Notes under the pieces: model-generated
What the model was told of the DNA's origin: nothing
Database searches by the model: none
Seen by the model: the letters and a program-made list of their open reading frames with translations, nothing else
Part shown: in pieces, positions 63,878-64,000 of the stretch
Position numbering within the stretch: position 1 is the first letter of the stretch
How the letters are laid out: every line of letters starts with the position of its first letter
Assembly (NCBI GenBank): GCA_030390025.1
Contig: CM059431.1
Coordinates: 131,442,001 to 131,506,000, forward strand
DNA length: 64,000 nt
Reading direction: 5' to 3'
Origin: Squalus acanthias
Taxonomy: Eukaryota
Translations under genes and position numbers: made by a program

Positions 63878-64000
63878 TAATGTTCGTTGGCTGAGCATTT
63901 ACATGTTAAATATTTCCTCAAAAGCTGAACTTTGGTGTAATTTTAGGTCTTTTATTTACAGTGAGTGCACTGATGTTGTGTCACACAGCATAAACTTCCA

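Overview
Eukaryotic, repeat-dominated DNA, most likely intronic or intergenic sequence of a cartilaginous fish (inferred from Deu-domain SINEs, CR1/L2 LINEs and Penelope tails typical of sharks). No host protein-coding exon, rRNA, true tRNA or CRISPR array could be supported. Contents: (1) an unusually rich PIF/Harbinger DNA-transposon population, with one nearly intact two-gene element (11732-15804; DDE transposase on +, spliced Myb/SANT gene on -), two Myb-bearing derivatives, a decayed transposase and about a dozen non-autonomous elements with short TIRs and 3-bp TSDs; (2) many CR1, L2-like and RTE LINE fragments, including an inverted CR1 and a CR1 carrying three nested transposons; (3) Penelope-like 3' fragments carrying minimal hammerhead-ribozyme motifs; (4) three young minisatellites. 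Most notable: an ORF1-only Tx1-like retroelement with poly(A) and a 15-bp TSD inserted into the A-box of a tRNA-derived SINE, which itself hosts a chimeric Harbinger whose two ends come from different families, and a CRE palindrome at a near-fixed distance from one end of many Harbinger families. All family assignments are by eye; no database search was run and boundaries of old fragments are approximate.
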